A stretch of 64,000 nt of DNA from Promethearchaeota archaeon (GTDB lineage Archaea > Asgardarchaeota > Lokiarchaeia > Sigyniarchaeales > SOKP01). The DNA is taken from the NCBI GenBank assembly GCA_048939995.1, contig JBHLOY010000001.1, positions 160,001 through 224,000 on the forward strand, read 5' to 3'. Made by a program: the position numbers and the translations under genes. Position 1 is the stretch's first letter, and each line of letters opens with the position of its first letter. Below are positions 61,888-64,000 of this stretch, piece by piece. The notes beneath the pieces are model-generated. The model had not been told where the DNA came from. It saw only the letters and a list, made by a program, of their open reading frames with translations, and did not search any database.

Positions 61888-63850
61888 CATTCCAAAAAGA
61901 AGATAAATTCTCTCTTAATGCATTAGGTTTATCAGGAACAATTTCTAATTCTTTCCTTATCCATTCAGAAATCCAATTATGTTTTGCCTTAAATCTGCTA
62001 TCCATAAAAATTATTGCTCCTTTATCACTTAGTTTTCTTATTGGACGCCCAGACGCTTGATTTGCTCGTTGAACAGCGGGATAAAGATAAGCAAAATTCC
62101 AACCTTGTTTATTAAATACTTTATCATAATACTTTATTTTAGCATTAACCCGTGGTAAGGGTAAATGATACGGAAATCCCGCAATTATTACACAGTTCAT
62201 AAATTTTCCAGGATAATCCTCACCTTCTGAGTTTCTCCCTCCACAAACACCTAATAAGACTGCTCCGTTATTAACTTCTGCCATTGATTTATAATTATTT
62301 ACCAAAGCAAAATTTTCTGAAGCAGACAAGCCTGAATCTTCAACAAATAATTTTTTATTGTTTTTTTCAATAATAATTTCTAAACCATTTGAAACTAAAC
62401 CTTCTAATACTTTATAAGAGGCACAAAAGATGCCAATATTAGCAGGTGTGCAGCTTATAATTTCATCAATCTTAGTAATCATTTTTTTATACATTGCCGA
62501 GGTTCTGTTAACTTTGCGTGTGTCTACTCCATCTATTATTAAAGCACAGATGTTCTTTTTGCTAAAAGGGGATTCAGCAATAATGCCTTCATATTTTTTG
62601 CCACTTTCCTTAAAACCTATTAAATTTGTATAAACATGTGGATTAACAGTTCCTGATAGATTAAGACAAGTAAAACATTCTTTTAAAATAGGGATTGTGA
62701 GGTCCCTTGGATCTAAAGCTACGATTTCTAATAAAACTGATTTTTTTCCTTTTTTCTCCCTTCGAGTATAACAAAAAAAGAAATTAGCTAGTGAGTAAGT
62801 TTGGAACCATTTAATCCAAAATTCTGCTAAATTCCCAATATGATTCCTTGAAAACTCTCCATTAGCAATCCTTTGTTCATGTATTGAAGCTCCAAAATCA
62901 TACAAATCTCTTATAAGATTTTCTAATTGCATTAGACTTGATAAGCCAAGGCTTTTAATGAGATATTGAAGAAATGATTCTGGATTGATCTCCTCTTCAT
63001 AATTATTGAGCGTCTTAGATACTTTCTCTAAATGGTCAAGCATAAAGTTAACAAAACTTTGTAAAGATATAGGAGAGTTGTACAATTCTAAATCTCTCAA
63101 GGCTAATCTTAATAAATATGGAGTGATTTGGGTTGAATTGATTTCAGTGGCTACATCTATCAAATTATGACATTCATCGATGACTAAAATACAATTCATT
63201 AGTTCTTTACCTAAAAAATTTAAAAAATTAACTCTGATAAAGGGATTAAAAAGCCATTGATAATTACATATAACTAAGTTCATTTCGTTTAAGAGGAATT
63301 TACTTAAAAAATAAGGACAGAATACTTTTTGTTTACAAAAATCGATAAGCTCTTCAGCATCTAATGGTTTATTTATTATTTCTGGAACAATTAATTTTAG
63401 ATTATCTAATTGTTCTTTTTTTCTAATTAAGTTATTGTAAGGAACGCAATTTCTATTCTTCCTCAAATCACTACAAACGGACATAGCTTCTCTTGGGTTT
63501 AATTTAAGCTGTATTAAAGTTTTATTTAGGCACATCTCATTGCGACCCCTAATTGAGAGGCCATTAACTTTATTCTCTAACTTAGAATTTTCCAATAACT
63601 TCGAGATTTTATTTAATTCCTTAATAATCCTTGTATTTTGGGCATGTGTTCGACATAAATATATAATTTTCAATTCTTTTTCATAGGCTAAGGGTAATAA
63701 TGCACTAAGTGCAATAATTGTCTTACCTGTACCATTCGGAGCCGATAGCAGTACGACTTTCTTTTCCCTTGAAGTTTTTTCAATTTTTTTTATTATATTC
63801 TCTTGTTCTTGTCTAAATTTTTCATAAGGAAAAAATTCAAGATAGTTTAT
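61880..63850 (-). CDS. xpd: XPD/Rad3-family Fe-S DNA helicase; probable ATA start at 63850 (656 aa)
   Basis: Upstream of TTG 63673 the frame contains the Q-motif FFPYEKFRQEQ and Walker A SAPNGTGKT; then RTHAQ, Fe-S Cys, CPY, DECHN, SGT, SEG.D, QASGRPIR. Confidence 0.93.
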   Translation of the reverse strand: MNYLEFFPYEKFRQEQENIIKKIEKTSREKKVVLLSAPNGTGKTIIALSALLPLAYEKELKIIYLCRTHAQNTRIIKELNKISKLLENSKLENKVNGLSIRGRNEMCLNKTLIQLKLNPREAMSVCSDLRKNRNCVPYNNLIRKKEQLDNLKLIVPEIINKPLDAEELIDFCKQKVFCPYFLSKFLLNEMNLVICNYQWLFNPFIRVNFLNFLGKELMNCILVIDECHNLIDVATEINSTQITPYLLRLALRDLELYNSPISLQSFVNFMLDHLEKVSKTLNNYEEEINPESFLQYLIKSLGLSSLMQLENLIRDLYDFGASIHEQRIANGEFSRNHIGNLAEFWIKWFQTYSLANFFFCYTRREKKGKKSVLLEIVALDPRDLTIPILKECFTCLNLSGTVNPHVYTNLIGFKESGKKYEGIIAESPFSKKNICALIIDGVDTRKVNRTSAMYKKMITKIDEIISCTPANIGIFCASYKVLEGLVSNGLEIIIEKNNKKLFVEDSGLSASENFALVNNYKSMAEVNNGAVLLGVCGGRNSEGEDYPGKFMNCVIIAGFPYHLPLPRVNAKIKYYDKVFNKQGWNFAYLYPAVQRANQASGRPIRKLSDKGAIIFMDSRFKAKHNWISEWIRKELEIVPDKPNALRENLSSFWNVN

Positions 63851-63956
63851 TTAAAACACCGTGATATCCGTCATATTTTAATAACATTATAATTTAAAGT
63901 TTATATTAGGAAAGGGAGTATAAAATTTTAATTATTAATAAGATTATAGTAAGAAA

Positions 63957-64000
63957 ATGACTGAAGATAGTTCTGAAAAACCTCATTTACTTCTGAGGGA
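63957..64000 (+). CDS. Possible 5' end of a gene running off the window
   Basis: ATG ACT GAA GAT... open to the edge (MTEDSSEKPHLLLR); too short to identify. Confidence 0.35.
   Translation, partial: MTEDSSEKPHLLLR

Overview
AT-rich archaeal chromosomal segment. Gene content points to an Asgard archaeon, probably Lokiarchaeia-like (inference): three small Rab/Arf-like GTPases, a roadblock protein, an ESCRT-III/Snf7 protein, a histone, and archaeal RNA polymerase, ribosomal and replication genes. Most of it is core informational genes (RFC-S, exosome Csl4, Rpo11, EF-1alpha, aIF2alpha, Nop10, GINS, PriS/PriL, PCNA, TFS, r-proteins, Rpo1N/1C, Rpo4, Pus10, KsgA, NurA, XPD) mixed with transporters and metabolic genes. 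Main finding: the EF-1alpha gene is interrupted inside its P-loop lysine codon by a 33-nt insertion (7313-7345) that puts stop codons in frame and folds into a canonical bulge-helix-bulge (BHB). Cutting at the canonical BHB positions exactly restores GHIDHGKST, so this is a candidate tRNA-endonuclease-spliced mRNA intron in a normally essential translation factor. A decayed LAGLIDADG endonuclease gene lies directly upstream. Second theme: several genes can only be completed from ATA/ATC/ATT start codons placed 6-7 nt behind Shine-Dalgarno-like motifs, including an XPD whose Walker A lies upstream of the first ATG/GTG/TTG. Also notable: a steadiness-box (ESCRT-I-like) multidomain protein next to ESCRT-III, an ArsR/ATP-cone/pseudo-NrdD fusion, and an SDR-QueC fusion. 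No rRNA, tRNA or CRISPR array was recognised. All family calls are by-eye motif recognition; no searches were run.
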